Assembly: GCA_027317865.1 (NCBI GenBank)
Contig: DAHVQG010000001.1
Location: forward strand, 160,001 to 224,000
Source of the DNA: Bdellovibrionales bacterium
GTDB lineage: Bacteria > Bdellovibrionota > Bdellovibrionia > Bdellovibrionales > UBA1609
DNA: 64,000 bases
Direction of reading: 5' to 3'
Each line of letters begins with the position of its first letter. The stretch's first letter is position 1. Position numbers and translations under genes: made by a program. Below are positions 1-10,901 of this stretch, in pieces. Below the pieces are notes generated by a model that was not told where the DNA came from, searched no databases, and saw only the letters and a list, made by a program, of their open reading frames with translations.

Positions 1-6
1 GAAGTT

Positions 7-960
7 TTGAGCCCGCAGTATAAAAAATTGTTCGAAGATCTTCTCGGTATGTTCCAGTTCAACAAAGGGGCGCAGACTCTACAAAAAGAAGTTCAAGTTA
101 CTGTTGGCGGGCGGCCTCTTCTTCTCGCTATGACAATATCGGTTTTAAGTGATGAGTCGGGCAACGAAGTTGGTAAAATTTTGGTGTTTGACGATTTAAG
201 TCCCGTTTTGGCCGCGCAGCGTGCCGCCGCGTGGACTGAGGTTGCCCGTCGAATTGCTCATGAAATTAAAAATCCGTTAACGCCGATAAGTCTTGCGGCA
301 CAACGCCTGCAACGAAAATTTGGCAACGATATTTCAGATCCCGCATTTCTCAGCTCGACACAAATGATTGTCGATCAGGTCGACGGCCTGAAAACTCTGG
401 TGAACGAGTTCAGTCAGTTTGCGCGGATGCCGAAATCGCGACCCGTTATCGGGAATTTCAATCAAACCATTGCCGATGCGCTTCAGCTGTTTCATCAGGG
501 CGAAAAGAATTTTCATTTGCATTTTGATGCCGACCCCCGGTTGCCGGCGTTTTTGTTCGATCCCGATCAGATTCAGCGCGTCCTAACTAATTTGGTTGAT
601 AATGCAGTTGCAAGCCTTAAGGATATTCCCGATGGTGAGATTGTCGTGCAAACCCAATTTGATCCGCTGTCTAAAATTGTCCGGCTCACCGTGGCAGATA
701 ATGGCGTTGGTATACCGCCTTATATCAAGGGGCGAATTTTCGAACCTTATATTACGACGAAGCGCCATGGCACGGGTCTCGGTTTGGCTATTGTGAAGCG
801 AACCGTCGAAGATCATAACGGATATGTGCGGGTCTTAGATCAACAACCGCGTGGCACGCGTTTTGTGATTGAGTTACCCGTGGTTCTATCGAATACTTTG
901 ACAGAAAACGCATCTGTGCATGTTGTTGAAGCGACACCGCCGCCAGAAGATAAAGCGTGA
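7..960 (+). CDS. NtrY-like sensor histidine kinase, 5' truncated by the window edge
   Basis: H-box RRIAHEIKNPLTP, N-box TNLVDNA, G-boxes DNGVG and GTGLGL; directly upstream of an NtrX-like regulator. Confidence 0.85.
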   Translation: MSPQYKKLFEDLLGMFQFNKGAQTLQKEVQVTVGGRPLLLAMTISVLSDESGNEVGKILVFDDLSPVLAAQRAAAWTEVARRIAHEIKNPLTPISLAAQRLQRKFGNDISDPAFLSSTQMIVDQVDGLKTLVNEFSQFARMPKSRPVIGNFNQTIADALQLFHQGEKNFHLHFDADPRLPAFLFDPDQIQRVLTNLVDNAVASLKDIPDGEIVVQTQFDPLSKIVRLTVADNGVGIPPYIKGRIFEPYITTKRHGTGLGLAIVKRTVEDHNGYVRVLDQQPRGTRFVIELPVVLSNTLTENASVHVVEATPPPEDKA

Positions 961-973
961 TATGAGGGGAACT

Positions 974-2326
974 ATGAAATCAAAAACGCAAATACTTATT
1001 ATCGACGATGAAGCTCCCATCCGCGATGTTCTTTCCGCGTCACTTCACGACGAAGGGTATCAAGTGGCAACGGCGCCCGACGGTGTCGCCGGAATTAACG
1101 CAATTAACGAACTCAGCCCAGGCATTGTGTTACTCGATATCTGGATGCCCGGTGAAATCGATGGACTTGAAGTTTTGCGACGTGCGAAACAAGCCAACCC
1201 GGGCGTGCAATTCATTATGATGTCAGGACATGGCACGATTGAAACCGCCGTGAAAGCGACAAAGTTAGGGGCGTGGGATTTTGTCGAAAAGCCCCTTTCG
1301 ATCGACAAGATCTCAATTCTTATTTCAAATATTTTGTCATTTCAGTCCGAGCGTGACGAGAAAATTGCCTTGTTGAACAAATTGAGAAAAAACATAGCGC
1401 TCGTCGGTGACAGCCCGGCCATGAAAGATCTCAAGCAATTGATTGCACGTGTAGCGCCCAGTCAATCATGGGTTTTGATCACTGGCGAAAATGGCACAGG
1501 CAAAGAACTCGTGGCACAAAATATCCACTATTTAAGTTCACGTGCAAGCCGGCCTTTTGTTGCGGTTAACTGTGCAGCCATTCCATCCGAACTAGTTGAG
1601 AGTGAATTGTTCGGTTATGAAAAAGGCGCATTTACCGGGGCTGATAAGCCCAAAAAAGGCAAATTTGATTACGCAAACGGGGGCACGATTTTTCTAGATG
1701 AAATCGGCGATATGAGTCTGGAGGCGCAGGCAAAAATCTTGAGAATTTTGCAAGAGAAAAAGCTTCAGCGTGTAGGCGGAACTGAAACGATCGATATTGA
1801 TGTTCGCGTGGTCGCCGCCACAAATAAAGATCTTGAGGAGCAAATCAAAAAAGGTGCATTTCGCGAAGATTTATTTCATCGCTTGAACGTCGTACCTATT
1901 CGAGTACCCAGTCTGCGCGAGCGCATCGATGATGTGCCTGCTCTCGTGATCCATTTTGGTGAACAATTCGCGCGCGAAAGCGGTTACACGAAAAAAACAT
2001 TTACGGACCAAGCCTGGGAGCGCATGCGGGCCTACAGCTGGTCGGGTAACGTGCGTGAGCTTCGTAATTTTGTGGAGCGGCTTTATATTTTGACTTCTGG
2101 CGATTTAATCGACGTACATGATCTTAAAGTTGCGGGGCTAACAGACATATCGGTCGGCGGATCAACGGAATCTTCATTTCGACGCGCGCGAGCCGATTTT
2201 GAAAAAGAATTTTTGTTGCAAAAAATTTCAGAAAACGGCGGTAACATCAGTAAAACCGCTGAGGCCATTGGTCTTGAGCGCAGCTATCTTCATCGAAAAA
2301 TTAAATCCTACGGTATTGAAGTTTAA
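974..2326 (+). CDS. Sigma54-dependent response regulator (NtrX/NtrC family)
   Basis: REC domain (DDE, LLDIWMP), Walker A GENGTGKE, GAFTGA, C-terminal Fis-type HTH; ATG at 974 follows GAGGGG. Confidence 0.9.
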   Translation: MKSKTQILIIDDEAPIRDVLSASLHDEGYQVATAPDGVAGINAINELSPGIVLLDIWMPGEIDGLEVLRRAKQANPGVQFIMMSGHGTIETAVKATKLGAWDFVEKPLSIDKISILISNILSFQSERDEKIALLNKLRKNIALVGDSPAMKDLKQLIARVAPSQSWVLITGENGTGKELVAQNIHYLSSRASRPFVAVNCAAIPSELVESELFGYEKGAFTGADKPKKGKFDYANGGTIFLDEIGDMSLEAQAKILRILQEKKLQRVGGTETIDIDVRVVAATNKDLEEQIKKGAFREDLFHRLNVVPIRVPSLRERIDDVPALVIHFGEQFARESGYTKKTFTDQAWERMRAYSWSGNVRELRNFVERLYILTSGDLIDVHDLKVAGLTDISVGGSTESSFRRARADFEKEFLLQKISENGGNISKTAEAIGLERSYLHRKIKSYGIEV

Positions 2327-2353
2327 ATCGCATACGACACCGGAGTTTTATTC

Positions 2354-4087
2354 ATGCGTTGGAGCAAAAGTCATTTACATACAATAAAGGAAATTCCCGC
2401 CGATGCTGAAATAGCGAGTCATCAGCTCATGATTCGCGCCGGCTATATTAAGAAAGTGGCGCAAGGGATATTCACCTATGGCCCGCTCGCGCTTCGTGCA
2501 ATTCGTAAATTTGAAAATATCGTACGCCATGAATTAAACAGCCGGGGCGCCGTCGAAGTTCTAATGCCTATGGTTCAACCGCGTGAGCTTTGGGATGAAA
2601 GCGGCCGATGGAATGCCATGGGTAAGTCACTCCTCAAGTTTAAAAATCGACTCGAACAAGATTTTTGCCTCGGCGCGACTCACGAAGAAGTCGTAACTGA
2701 CTATATTCGTCGCGACGTGAAAAGTTACCGCGATTTGCCGGTCAATCTTTACCAAATTCAGACAAAATACCGCGATGAAATTCGACCGCGCTTCGGGCTA
2801 TTGCGTGGTCGCGAATTTATTATGAAAGACGCGTACAGTTTTGACAGCGATGTTGCGGGTGCCCACCGTAGTTACCGACTGATGTTCGAAGCCTACACGG
2901 CGATTTTTAAAAGTTTGGGAGTTCATTTTGTCTCGGTGCGCGCGGACACGGGTAGCATCGGCGGTACAATGTCTGAAGAATTTCATATTTTGGCCGACAG
3001 TGGTGAAGATGCCCTTTTGGCCGCTGAAGACGGCAGTTTTGCGGCAAACGTCGAAGTGTGCCCGGCGTTGGATGTTGAGCCACCAGTGACCAATACGGCT
3101 CAATTGAAAGAGGTTGAAAAATTCGCAACCCCCGGGCTTAAGACCATCGATGACCTATCAAAGGCGACGGGCGTACCCAAGCACGAACTTGTCAAAACTC
3201 TATTCTATTCTACAGCTGAAGAAGGGAGCAAAGACGTCAAACCTGTTTGCGTATTGGTGCGTGGTTCCGATGAAGTAAATCCAATTAAACTAAAAATTTT
3301 GTTAGGCCTAAATGAGCCGCCGCTGTTACTAACCGAAAAAGAAGTTCGAGAAGTGAGTGGCGCAACACCTGGTAGTTGCGGTCCTGTGGGCCTTAAAATT
3401 CCTATATATATGGATAACGGTGTGTTTAATTTGAAAAACTACATTGTCGGGGCAAACGAAGACGGATTTCATTTAAAAAATGTGAATCATAATAGAGACT
3501 ACACTCCAACTGAAGTTGCGGATCTTCGTGTGGCGCGTGAAGGGGACAAAAACCCCGGGGGTAAGGGAGTACTCAAATCGTATCGTGGCATCGAAGTGGG
3601 ACATATTTTTTATTTAGGTACAAAATATTCAAAGTCTATGCATGCGACGTACCTTAACGAAAAAGGTGAGCCGAAAGACATCGAAATGGGTTGCTACGGG
3701 ATTGGAATTTCGCGGACGATTCAAGCGGTGATCGAACAACTTCACGACAAAGACGGTATCATTTGGCCGACGGCCATTGCGCCATTCCATGTGCATATTT
3801 GCGTTCTTGATCCAAGCGACACGAATGTCACTGCAGTCGCCGACAAACTCTACAACGAACTGCAAAGCCAAGGTATAGAGGTGTTACTCGACGATCGAAA
3901 CGAACGGCCGGGAGTGAAATTTAAAGACGCGGATTTACTGGGAATGCCTTATCGATTAAATGTCGGCAGTCGTGGTTTGCAAACAAACGAAATCGAAATT
4001 ATCGAGCGACGATCCAAAAAAATGGAGAAAATCAAAGTCGACGGGGTTACGGCTAAATTGCGCGACCTTTTGTTTTCGCACGCTTAA
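2354..4087 (+). CDS. proS: Proline--tRNA ligase
   Basis: Motifs YRDEIRPRFGLLRGREF and MGCYGIG, INS editing domain, anticodon-binding domain GVKFKDADL. Confidence 0.97.
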   Translation: MRWSKSHLHTIKEIPADAEIASHQLMIRAGYIKKVAQGIFTYGPLALRAIRKFENIVRHELNSRGAVEVLMPMVQPRELWDESGRWNAMGKSLLKFKNRLEQDFCLGATHEEVVTDYIRRDVKSYRDLPVNLYQIQTKYRDEIRPRFGLLRGREFIMKDAYSFDSDVAGAHRSYRLMFEAYTAIFKSLGVHFVSVRADTGSIGGTMSEEFHILADSGEDALLAAEDGSFAANVEVCPALDVEPPVTNTAQLKEVEKFATPGLKTIDDLSKATGVPKHELVKTLFYSTAEEGSKDVKPVCVLVRGSDEVNPIKLKILLGLNEPPLLLTEKEVREVSGATPGSCGPVGLKIPIYMDNGVFNLKNYIVGANEDGFHLKNVNHNRDYTPTEVADLRVAREGDKNPGGKGVLKSYRGIEVGHIFYLGTKYSKSMHATYLNEKGEPKDIEMGCYGIGISRTIQAVIEQLHDKDGIIWPTAIAPFHVHICVLDPSDTNVTAVADKLYNELQSQGIEVLLDDRNERPGVKFKDADLLGMPYRLNVGSRGLQTNEIEIIERRSKKMEKIKVDGVTAKLRDLLFSHA

Positions 4088-4125
4088 TTTTTGCATTTCC
4101 CAAATTTTGTGACAGAATTATTTAA

Positions 4126-4653
4126 GTGGAAGAAATCACGGTCGAATCGGTCAACACGCTTTTGCAGGGTTATTTCGTCAGACTTTCGCCCTTGTTACAC
4201 AAAAAATTTAAGGGTCAATTGCCACACGTGCAAGTTCTATTAAATTCGCGTATGCGATCGGTTTTGGGACGCGCGTTCATTGAAGAGAGCCGGATTGAGT
4301 TAAACGAGCGTTTATTGAAAAAATATCCGGAGGAATTGGCTCCTACTTTGGCCCATGAATTGGCGCATGTCATTGCACCGATTCTTTACGGGCGTAACGG
4401 CTATTTTCATCGTCTCGGATGGAAGCGAATCATGGAAGAGCTCGGTTTTGAACCAACGCGAACCCATTCGCTTGATGTAGCAGAGTTTAAAAGGCCACAG
4501 CGGATTTTGGGATGGGCAACTTGCGGTTGTGTCGGGCGTAGACATCCAATTCGCGCGCGGGTCTACAACAACATGAAACATCGCCGGCGTTATGCTTGTT
4601 TGAAATGCAAACAAGACTTGAAACTCTGTTTAAATGTCGCAGACATCAGTTGA
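4126..4653 (+). CDS. SprT-family zinc metalloprotease
   Basis: HELAH, a W-K-x-x-M motif and C-terminal CxC / CxxC zinc ribbon. Confidence 0.85.
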   Translation: MEEITVESVNTLLQGYFVRLSPLLHKKFKGQLPHVQVLLNSRMRSVLGRAFIEESRIELNERLLKKYPEELAPTLAHELAHVIAPILYGRNGYFHRLGWKRIMEELGFEPTRTHSLDVAEFKRPQRILGWATCGCVGRRHPIRARVYNNMKHRRRYACLKCKQDLKLCLNVADIS

Positions 4654-5125
4654 TGCGATTGAGTAAACAGGTGAATGACTGATCGCTCGCGCCGTGCACG
4701 TCACTGAGATAGAGAGAATTGCCGGCGATTTTAGCCGAGAATGTGTCCTTTATAATAAACGATCCATCCGTGCTATCTCCCATGAAATAGCGAAACAGAT
4801 TACCATTTTGAACGTAAGTTCCTTTGGTCAAAATGAAGCCTCCGCCGGGAGGCGATGATAAATGGCGGCCGACGGTGTAGAGTTCCAAAACGGGCTGCGG
4901 TCCCATCAATTGAATTACAAATTGTGTTTGATCTGCTTTTACTTGTACCTTGAGCGAATCAAGCGATTGCGGTGGCTGTTTGAAGTCTTGGCTGTAAAAC
5001 TGCCCTTTGCAAAGCATAATCCGATACGTTCCCGTAAAGCTGTTTGCAAATGCCGGTGCAGAGAAGAATATTGCTGTGATTAGTGCCAGTACAATTCGAT
5101 TGATTTTCAAGGGATTATCCCCCAT
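4646..5125 (-). CDS. Hypothetical secreted protein
   Basis: Signal peptide ending AFA; two Cys; fills the gap between sprT and pyrF; start uncertain. Confidence 0.6.
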   Translation of the reverse strand: MGDNPLKINRIVLALITAIFFSAPAFANSFTGTYRIMLCKGQFYSQDFKQPPQSLDSLKVQVKADQTQFVIQLMGPQPVLELYTVGRHLSSPPGGGFILTKGTYVQNGNLFRYFMGDSTDGSFIIKDTFSAKIAGNSLYLSDVHGASDQSFTCLLNRIN

Positions 5126-5147
5126 TTATTGAGCAACGGTGTATACG

Positions 5148-5861
5148 ATGGCGAATAATTCGACAAGCGGTAAACTGAAATTTCCATTATTTGTCGCTCT
5201 TGACGTCGACGATATGGATTCGGCTGCCAAAATTGCCAGCAGCACGGCTGAATTTGTTGGCGGGTTTAAATTGGGCCCACGTCTTATTCTTCGATACGGG
5301 GCTAATTTAGTCCGTGAAATTTCGCAACTTGCGCCGGTTTTTGTGGATTGCAAGTTTTACGACATTCCTTCAACTGTATTAAGTTCGATTGAAGCAGCGT
5401 TTGAATCTGGGGCTTCATTTGTGACTGTTCATGCGAGTAATGGATCAGAATGTTTGCGCAAGGTCGCCGCACTCGAACAACAGTTGGCAAAAGGGCGGCC
5501 GTTTCAAGTTTTGGCGGTTACAGTTCTCACCAGTTTCGGGGATAAAAACCTACCGGCCAATTGGCGACCAGCGCCGGCTGTTGAACACGTTAATATTCTC
5601 GCACAAGTCGCAATAGATTCGGGTTTAGCGGGAATTGTTTGTTCTCCGCACGAAGTTACTCAATTGCGCCGCTCGTACCCCAACGCATTTCTTGTTACCC
5701 CGGGTATACGGCTAAAACCGGCCCAAATCGTAAAAGATGACCAGTCTCGTACAATGTCACCGAAAGAAGCTCTTGCCGCAGGCGCTGATGCGCTTGTTAT
5801 TGGCCGCCCGATAACGGCTGCAGTTGATCCTCGTGCTGCCGTGAAAGAGATTTGGCAATGA
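5148..5861 (+). CDS. pyrF: Orotidine-5'-phosphate decarboxylase
   Basis: VALD, DCKFYDIPST, VTVLTS, LVTPGIR, VIGRPIT. Confidence 0.95.
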   Translation: MANNSTSGKLKFPLFVALDVDDMDSAAKIASSTAEFVGGFKLGPRLILRYGANLVREISQLAPVFVDCKFYDIPSTVLSSIEAAFESGASFVTVHASNGSECLRKVAALEQQLAKGRPFQVLAVTVLTSFGDKNLPANWRPAPAVEHVNILAQVAIDSGLAGIVCSPHEVTQLRRSYPNAFLVTPGIRLKPAQIVKDDQSRTMSPKEALAAGADALVIGRPITAAVDPRAAVKEIWQ

Positions 5862-6595
5862 ATGATCGGCGTGCTGTTATTGGGATTCACTCGGCCAGAG
5901 AAGTTTTAAAAGTCAGACCACATGCCGTAAAGGAAATTTGGCTTAAAAAGGACGCCGAACGAGATCTAGAACTTAAAGTTTTTTTGGACTTTTCAAAAAA
6001 ATCTCATTGCCCGCTGCGCATTCAGCAAGAAAGCGCATTGAATAGAATAGCGGCCAGCCATCAGGGGGTCTGCCTCTGGGTAACAGAAACTCCCAAATTT
6101 AAATTCGAAGATTTGCCTGATTCGGAGTCATCAACTCATGCTTTAGTATTGGTTCTTGATGAAATTTCTGACCCTCATAATGTGGGAGCATTATTGCGGT
6201 CTTCTTGGTTATTTGGCGCAAACGCAATCATTGTGCCTGATCGCCGCGCGGCCCATTTGACACCTGCTGTTACAAAAGTCGCTTCTGGCGGTGCCGAACA
6301 CGTACCAATGCACATCTCTAACAACCTAACAGAGGCTCTAAGGGATTTGAAACAAAAGGGATTTTGGGTTTATGGGCTAGACGGCGGAGGTCGACAAACG
6401 CTTGCTGAAACGAGATTTCATGAAAAAGTAGCCCTAGTGGTTGGTGCTGAAGACAAAGGGTTGCGAATAGCCACACAAAAGGCCTGCGACGAATTGATTA
6501 AAATACCACAGTTAGACCCTGCCGCTTCATTGAACGCATCCGTTGCTGGCGCAATTGGCCTTTATGAGGTACAACGGCAATGGCAAAACCACTGA
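5858..6595 (+). CDS. rlmB: 23S rRNA Gm2251 methyltransferase (TrmH/SpoU family)
   Basis: HQGV, DPHNVGALLRS, GAEDKGLR, SLNASVA; ATGA overlap with pyrF. Confidence 0.85.
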   Translation: MNDRRAVIGIHSAREVLKVRPHAVKEIWLKKDAERDLELKVFLDFSKKSHCPLRIQQESALNRIAASHQGVCLWVTETPKFKFEDLPDSESSTHALVLVLDEISDPHNVGALLRSSWLFGANAIIVPDRRAAHLTPAVTKVASGGAEHVPMHISNNLTEALRDLKQKGFWVYGLDGGGRQTLAETRFHEKVALVVGAEDKGLRIATQKACDELIKIPQLDPAASLNASVAGAIGLYEVQRQWQNH

Positions 6596-6756
6596 ATCAA
6601 CAAACAAAACTTTTGACTCGCTGAGCGCAGCTCCGTATATGTGAGCGTTACGTGTAAAGCACGAGGTAATACTGTGTGCTTGCGCGCGAGAGGCTAGCGA
6701 GCATCCATTTGCGTACATTGATTGGTGAAGTCTGTTTGTCGCGTGCGTGATTGTGT

Positions 6757-6832
6757 GCTGGGTTAGCTCAATTGGTAGAGCAGCTGATTTGTAATCAGCA
6801 GGTTGCGGGTTCGAGTCCCATACCCAGCTCCA
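6757..6832 (+). tRNA. tRNA-Thr(TGT)
   Basis: Cloverleaf GCTGGGT...ACCCAGC-TCCA; anticodon arm GCTGA-TTTGTAA-TCAGC. Confidence 0.97.
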
Positions 6833-6878
6833 GATGGTTTGATAGAAGAAGGAAGTGTACAGGCAAACCTGGGATATT

Positions 6879-6965
6879 GGAGAGATGCCCGAGCGGCTAA
6901 AGGGGACAGACTGTAAATCTGTTGGCTCAACGCCTACGAAGGTTCGAATCCTTCTCTCTCCACCA
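6879..6965 (+). tRNA. tRNA-Tyr(GTA)
   Basis: GGAGAGA...TCTCTCC-ACCA, anticodon loop CTGTAAA, long variable arm. Confidence 0.97.
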
Positions 6966-7022
6966 ATCGAGCGGAACAATTGAGCGGCGAAAGCAAGAAG
7001 TGTGAGGAGAAAAATAGAATCG

Positions 7023-7099
7023 GCGGGAGTAGCTCAATTGGCTAGAGTATCAGCCTTCCAAGCTGAGGGTTGCGGGTTCGAGACCCGTCTCCCGCTCCA
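7023..7099 (+). tRNA. tRNA-Gly(TCC)
   Basis: GCGGGAG...CTCCCGC-TCCA, anticodon loop CTTCCAA. Confidence 0.97.
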
Positions 7100-7116
7100 A
7101 CAGGAATGAAGACTGG

Positions 7117-7191
7117 GCCCACATAGCACAGGGGTAGTGCACACCCTTGGTAAGGGTGAGGTCGTGAGTTCAAGTCTCACTGTGGGCTCCA
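7117..7191 (+). tRNA. tRNA-Thr(GGT)
   Basis: GCCCACA...TGTGGGC-TCCA, anticodon loop TTGGTAA; completes the canonical Thr-Tyr-Gly-Thr-tuf order. Confidence 0.97.
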
Positions 7192-7288
7192 TATGAATAA
7201 GAATAGAGCGCTAAAAAAGCGCGGAGAAATTAGGTAGAGAAGTTTTTTTAAATTAGGTAAACAACATCCGATCGAGGAGGAAAAACAC

Positions 7289-8479
7289 ATGTCCAAAGAA
7301 AAATTTGACCGGTCGAAACCGCATATCAATATCGGAACCATCGGCCACGTCGACCACGGTAAAACAACATTGACTGCTGCCATTACAAAAGTGATGTCAG
7401 AAACATATGGTGGCTCAGCTTTGGCCTACGATCAAATTGATAAAGCTCCCGAAGAAAAAGAACGTGGAATTACCATTTCAACTTCGCACGTTGAGTATCA
7501 AACAGCAAAACGTCACTATGCGCACGTCGACTGCCCTGGGCACGCTGACTACGTTAAAAATATGATCACCGGTGCGGCGCAAATGGATGGCGCGATTCTT
7601 GTTGTTTCGGCCGCTGACGGTCCGATGCCTCAAACGCGAGAGCACATTTTGCTTGCTCGCCAAGTTGGTGTTCCGGCCATTGTTGTGTTTATGAACAAAG
7701 TGGACATGGTGGATGACGCTGAACTTCTCGACCTTGTCGAACTCGAAGTGCGTGAACTTTTGTCGAAATATGAATTCCCTGGCGACGACATCCCGATCAT
7801 TCGCGGCTCGGCCTTGAAGGCGCTCGAAGGTGACAAAAGTGAACTTGGCGCACCGGCGATCGTAAAATTGATGGAGGCTTGTGACAGCTACATCAAAGAA
7901 CCGCAACGCGTGACGGATAAGCCCTTTCTTATGCCGATTGAAGACGTGTTTTCAATCTCTGGCCGCGGAACAGTGGTCACGGGCCGTATCGAACGTGGCG
8001 TGATTAAAGTTGGCGAAGAAGTTGAAATCGTCGGGATTCGACCGACCACAAAAACAACAGTGACTGGAATTGAAATGTTCCGAAAGCTTCTTGATGAAGG
8101 TCGCGCGGGCGACAACGCGGGCTGTTTACTTCGTGGAACAAAAAAAGAAGAAGTGGAGCGCGGACAAGTATTGGCAAAACCAGGCACGGTAAATCCGCAC
8201 AAAAAATTCAAATGTGAAGCGTACGTTCTGACGAAAGAAGAAGGCGGGCGACATACGCCATTCTTTAACGGTTATCGGCCGCAATTTTATTTTAGAACTA
8301 CCGACGTTACCGGGGTTACGACTTTGAAAAAGGGCACAGAAATGGTAATGCCGGGCGATCGTACTGAAATGGAAATTGAGTTGATCACGCCAATCGCGAT
8401 GGAAAAGGAATTGCGTTTTGCTATTCGCGAAGGCGGCCGTACGGTTGGCGCTGGTGTCGTAACAGAGATATTGGAGTAA
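7289..8479 (+). CDS. tuf: Elongation factor Tu
   Basis: [36 protein letters not shown]. Confidence 0.99.
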   Translation: MSKEKFDRSKPHINIGTIGHVDHGKTTLTAAITKVMSETYGGSALAYDQIDKAPEEKERGITISTSHVEYQTAKRHYAHVDCPGHADYVKNMITGAAQMDGAILVVSAADGPMPQTREHILLARQVGVPAIVVFMNKVDMVDDAELLDLVELEVRELLSKYEFPGDDIPIIRGSALKALEGDKSELGAPAIVKLMEACDSYIKEPQRVTDKPFLMPIEDVFSISGRGTVVTGRIERGVIKVGEEVEIVGIRPTTKTTVTGIEMFRKLLDEGRAGDNAGCLLRGTKKEEVERGQVLAKPGTVNPHKKFKCEAYVLTKEEGGRHTPFFNGYRPQFYFRTTDVTGVTTLKKGTEMVMPGDRTEMEIELITPIAMEKELRFAIREGGRTVGAGVVTEILE

Positions 8480-8502
8480 CAGAAGCGAACAGTTTTTACA
8501 GG

Positions 8503-8579
8503 AGGGCAGTAGCTCCAATTGGTAGAGCAGCGGACTCCAAATCCGCGTGTTGTGGGTTCGAATCCCTCCTGCCCTGCCA
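8503..8579 (+). tRNA. tRNA-Trp(CCA)
   Basis: AGGGCAG...CTGCCCT-GCCA, anticodon loop CTCCAAA. Confidence 0.96.
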
Positions 8580-8610
8580 ATTTAAACTGAAGCAACTGTA
8601 GAAAGCATAA

Positions 8611-8991
8611 ATGGAAAAACAGACGACTCGAAAAATTATAACGTTGAGTTTTGTGTGTGCGGCGATAATTGCCTATATAGTCGTCAATGTGATTTTTCGC
8701 GCGATGGCGGGGGCGTTTGGTCCCGTCGCGCGCTATTACAGTATAGATTGGCTCAACAATGGTCTTCCGGTTGCGGCGGCATTTATCACTTTTGTCAGCT
8801 TGCAGTTTAACAAGAAAATCGTGGCGTGGGCAGAAGATGTGGTAATCGAGGTCAGTAAAGTCGTATGGCCGACCGGTAGAGATACGTTTACCATGACGGC
8901 CGTTGTCTGCTTCTTTTGTGGAATTTCAGCGGTTCTTTTGATGACCATCGACTTTGTGGCGAAAAATTTAGTTCAATTTATTATTCAGTAG
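8611..8991 (+). CDS. secE: Preprotein translocase subunit SecE (3 TM)
   Basis: EVSKVVWP motif; lies between tRNA-Trp and nusG. Confidence 0.93.
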   Translation: MEKQTTRKIITLSFVCAAIIAYIVVNVIFRAMAGAFGPVARYYSIDWLNNGLPVAAAFITFVSLQFNKKIVAWAEDVVIEVSKVVWPTGRDTFTMTAVVCFFCGISAVLLMTIDFVAKNLVQFIIQ

Positions 8992-9005
8992 GCGCGAGGG
9001 TATCG

Positions 9006-9548
9006 GTGGATAATGCAGAAGAATTAAAATGGTACGTCGTAAACACACATTCCGGCAGCGAATCTGCGGCAAAGGCGTCAATTGAAGAAAAGGCCAGAAT
9101 CAAAAAGCTTGAGAAATATTTTGGGCAAATATTGATTCCCCAAGAAAATGTTGTGGAGTTGGTTAAAGGTAAAAAAGCAACTCGCGCGCGCAAATTTTTC
9201 CCCGGCTATATTTTTGTACAAATGAAACTTTCAGACACCACTTGGCACCTTGTGAAGAGTGCAAGCAAGGTGACGGGATTTTTGGGTGGTGGCAATAGGC
9301 CGTCACCAGTCCCAGAATCTGAAGTGTTGAAAATAACTAAGCAGATGGAAACCGGCGCCGAACGGCCGAAGGCGAAAATATCTTTTTCAATAGGTGAGCC
9401 GGTTACAGTCATTGACGGTCCTTTTAATAATTTTCAAGGAACTGTTGAAGAAATTAATGAAGAAAAGGGCAAGGTTAAGGTCCTAGTCAGTATTTTTGGC
9501 CGGCCGACGCCCGTTGAACTTGATTTTGTTCAAGTAGAGAAAAGTTAA
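9006..9548 (+). CDS. nusG: Transcription termination/antitermination factor NusG
   Basis: [16 protein letters not shown] motif [21 protein letters not shown] start after GAGGG. Confidence 0.97.
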   Translation: MDNAEELKWYVVNTHSGSESAAKASIEEKARIKKLEKYFGQILIPQENVVELVKGKKATRARKFFPGYIFVQMKLSDTTWHLVKSASKVTGFLGGGNRPSPVPESEVLKITKQMETGAERPKAKISFSIGEPVTVIDGPFNNFQGTVEEINEEKGKVKVLVSIFGRPTPVELDFVQVEKS

Positions 9549-9569
9549 ACAAGAAAGAGTGGGTGCCAA

Positions 9570-10007
9570 ATGGCAAAAAAAGTGCAAGCCCAGATCAAGC
9601 TGCAAATACCGGCAGGGAAGGCAAATCCAGCTCCTCCCGTTGGACCGGCGCTCGGACAACAAGGTGTTAATATTATGGAGTTCTGCAAGCAGTTTAATGC
9701 TAAAACGCAGAGCTTGGGTGACACAGTCATTCCCGTGATTATCACGGTATATAGTGATCGCTCATTTACGTTCATAACAAAAACGCCGCCAGTCTCGATC
9801 TTGATCAAAAAGGCGATCAAATTGGAGAGTGGATCAAAGAACCCTGGGCGAGAAAAAGTGGCAAAGATTACGGCAGAACAAATTAAGCAGATTGCGCAAG
9901 TAAAATTACCGGATCTGAATGGTGTAACCCTTGAAGCTGCAATTGCCCAGGTTACAGGAACGGCGCGTTCGATGGGCGTTGAAGTCCCTAAAGCGGGAGG
10001 TGAATAA
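9570..10007 (+). CDS. rplK: 50S ribosomal protein L11
   Basis: [12 protein letters not shown]. Confidence 0.98.
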   Translation: MAKKVQAQIKLQIPAGKANPAPPVGPALGQQGVNIMEFCKQFNAKTQSLGDTVIPVIITVYSDRSFTFITKTPPVSILIKKAIKLESGSKNPGREKVAKITAEQIKQIAQVKLPDLNGVTLEAAIAQVTGTARSMGVEVPKAGGE

Positions 10008-10702
10008 TGGCGAAAAGATTTGAAGCCGCGAAATCAAAGGTGAATCGCGGGCAAGCTTATTCACCGGATAAAGCGATCGAGTTGGCCGTCAATACGGCCA
10101 CCGCCAAATTTGATGAGTCGATTGATGTTGCTGTGAAGTTAGGCGTCGACCCCACGCAATCCGATCAACAGGTGCGTGGTGCCATCGCATTACCCCACGG
10201 GCTGGGCAAAGCCGTACGAGTCATTGTGTTTGCAAAGGGCCCAAAGGAGCAAGAAGCGAAAGCGGCCGGCGCGGATGTTGTCGGAGCTGACGATTTGGTG
10301 GCAAAGATCAATGAAGGTTGGCTCGATTTTGACAAGGCGATTGCGACACCTGATATGATGGCCGTCGTTTCGAAGGTCGCAAAAGTTTTGGGCCCGAGAG
10401 GACTTATGCCCAATCCGAAAGTCGGAACGGTCACCATGAATGTGAGTGCAACTGTGGCGGCTGAGAAAAAAGGTAAACTGGCATTTCGTGTTGAAAAAGC
10501 CGGAATTGTTCACGCCAGCATCGGAAAAAAATCAATGGGCCAACAAAAGCTTACAGATAATTTTTTGGCATTTATGGGCGCAATTATTAAGGCCAAACCC
10601 GCAGCGAGCAAAGGTATCTATCTTCAGTCGATTACCGTTTCTTCGACAATGGGTCCCGGCGTGAAAGTGGATGTTGCCGATACGTCCGCTAAAATAAGTT
10701 AA
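10007..10702 (+). CDS. rplA: 50S ribosomal protein L1
   Basis: [17 protein letters not shown]. Confidence 0.98.
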   Translation: MAKRFEAAKSKVNRGQAYSPDKAIELAVNTATAKFDESIDVAVKLGVDPTQSDQQVRGAIALPHGLGKAVRVIVFAKGPKEQEAKAAGADVVGADDLVAKINEGWLDFDKAIATPDMMAVVSKVAKVLGPRGLMPNPKVGTVTMNVSATVAAEKKGKLAFRVEKAGIVHASIGKKSMGQQKLTDNFLAFMGAIIKAKPAASKGIYLQSITVSSTMGPGVKVDVADTSAKIS

Positions 10703-10747
10703 GGAGAGAAATTAAAATTCGAATAGAGTTTAACAATTTAATGGATC

Positions 10748-10830
10748 GCCGTTGGAGACAGCCGGTACGCAATCAATACGCGTTTAATTGCCAAGCACCG
10801 TTTTTGGAGTTTGGCAGCCTGCCGAGACGA
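10748..10830 (+). promoter_or_regulatory. L10 leader (rplJ autoregulatory RNA)
   Basis: AGACAGCCGG...TTAA...CCTGCCGAG pattern in the 199-nt rplA-rplJ spacer; boundaries approximate. Confidence 0.75.
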
Positions 10831-10901
10831 GAGAGAGTGAACATGAAATGCTCACCCGTCATCTCCCAAAGAGCGACGGATCATTGAGGAGGTGAGTTTG
10901 A

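Noticed and set aside
6527-6979. 150-aa minus-strand ORF
   Set aside because: Antisense read of tRNA-Thr and tRNA-Tyr
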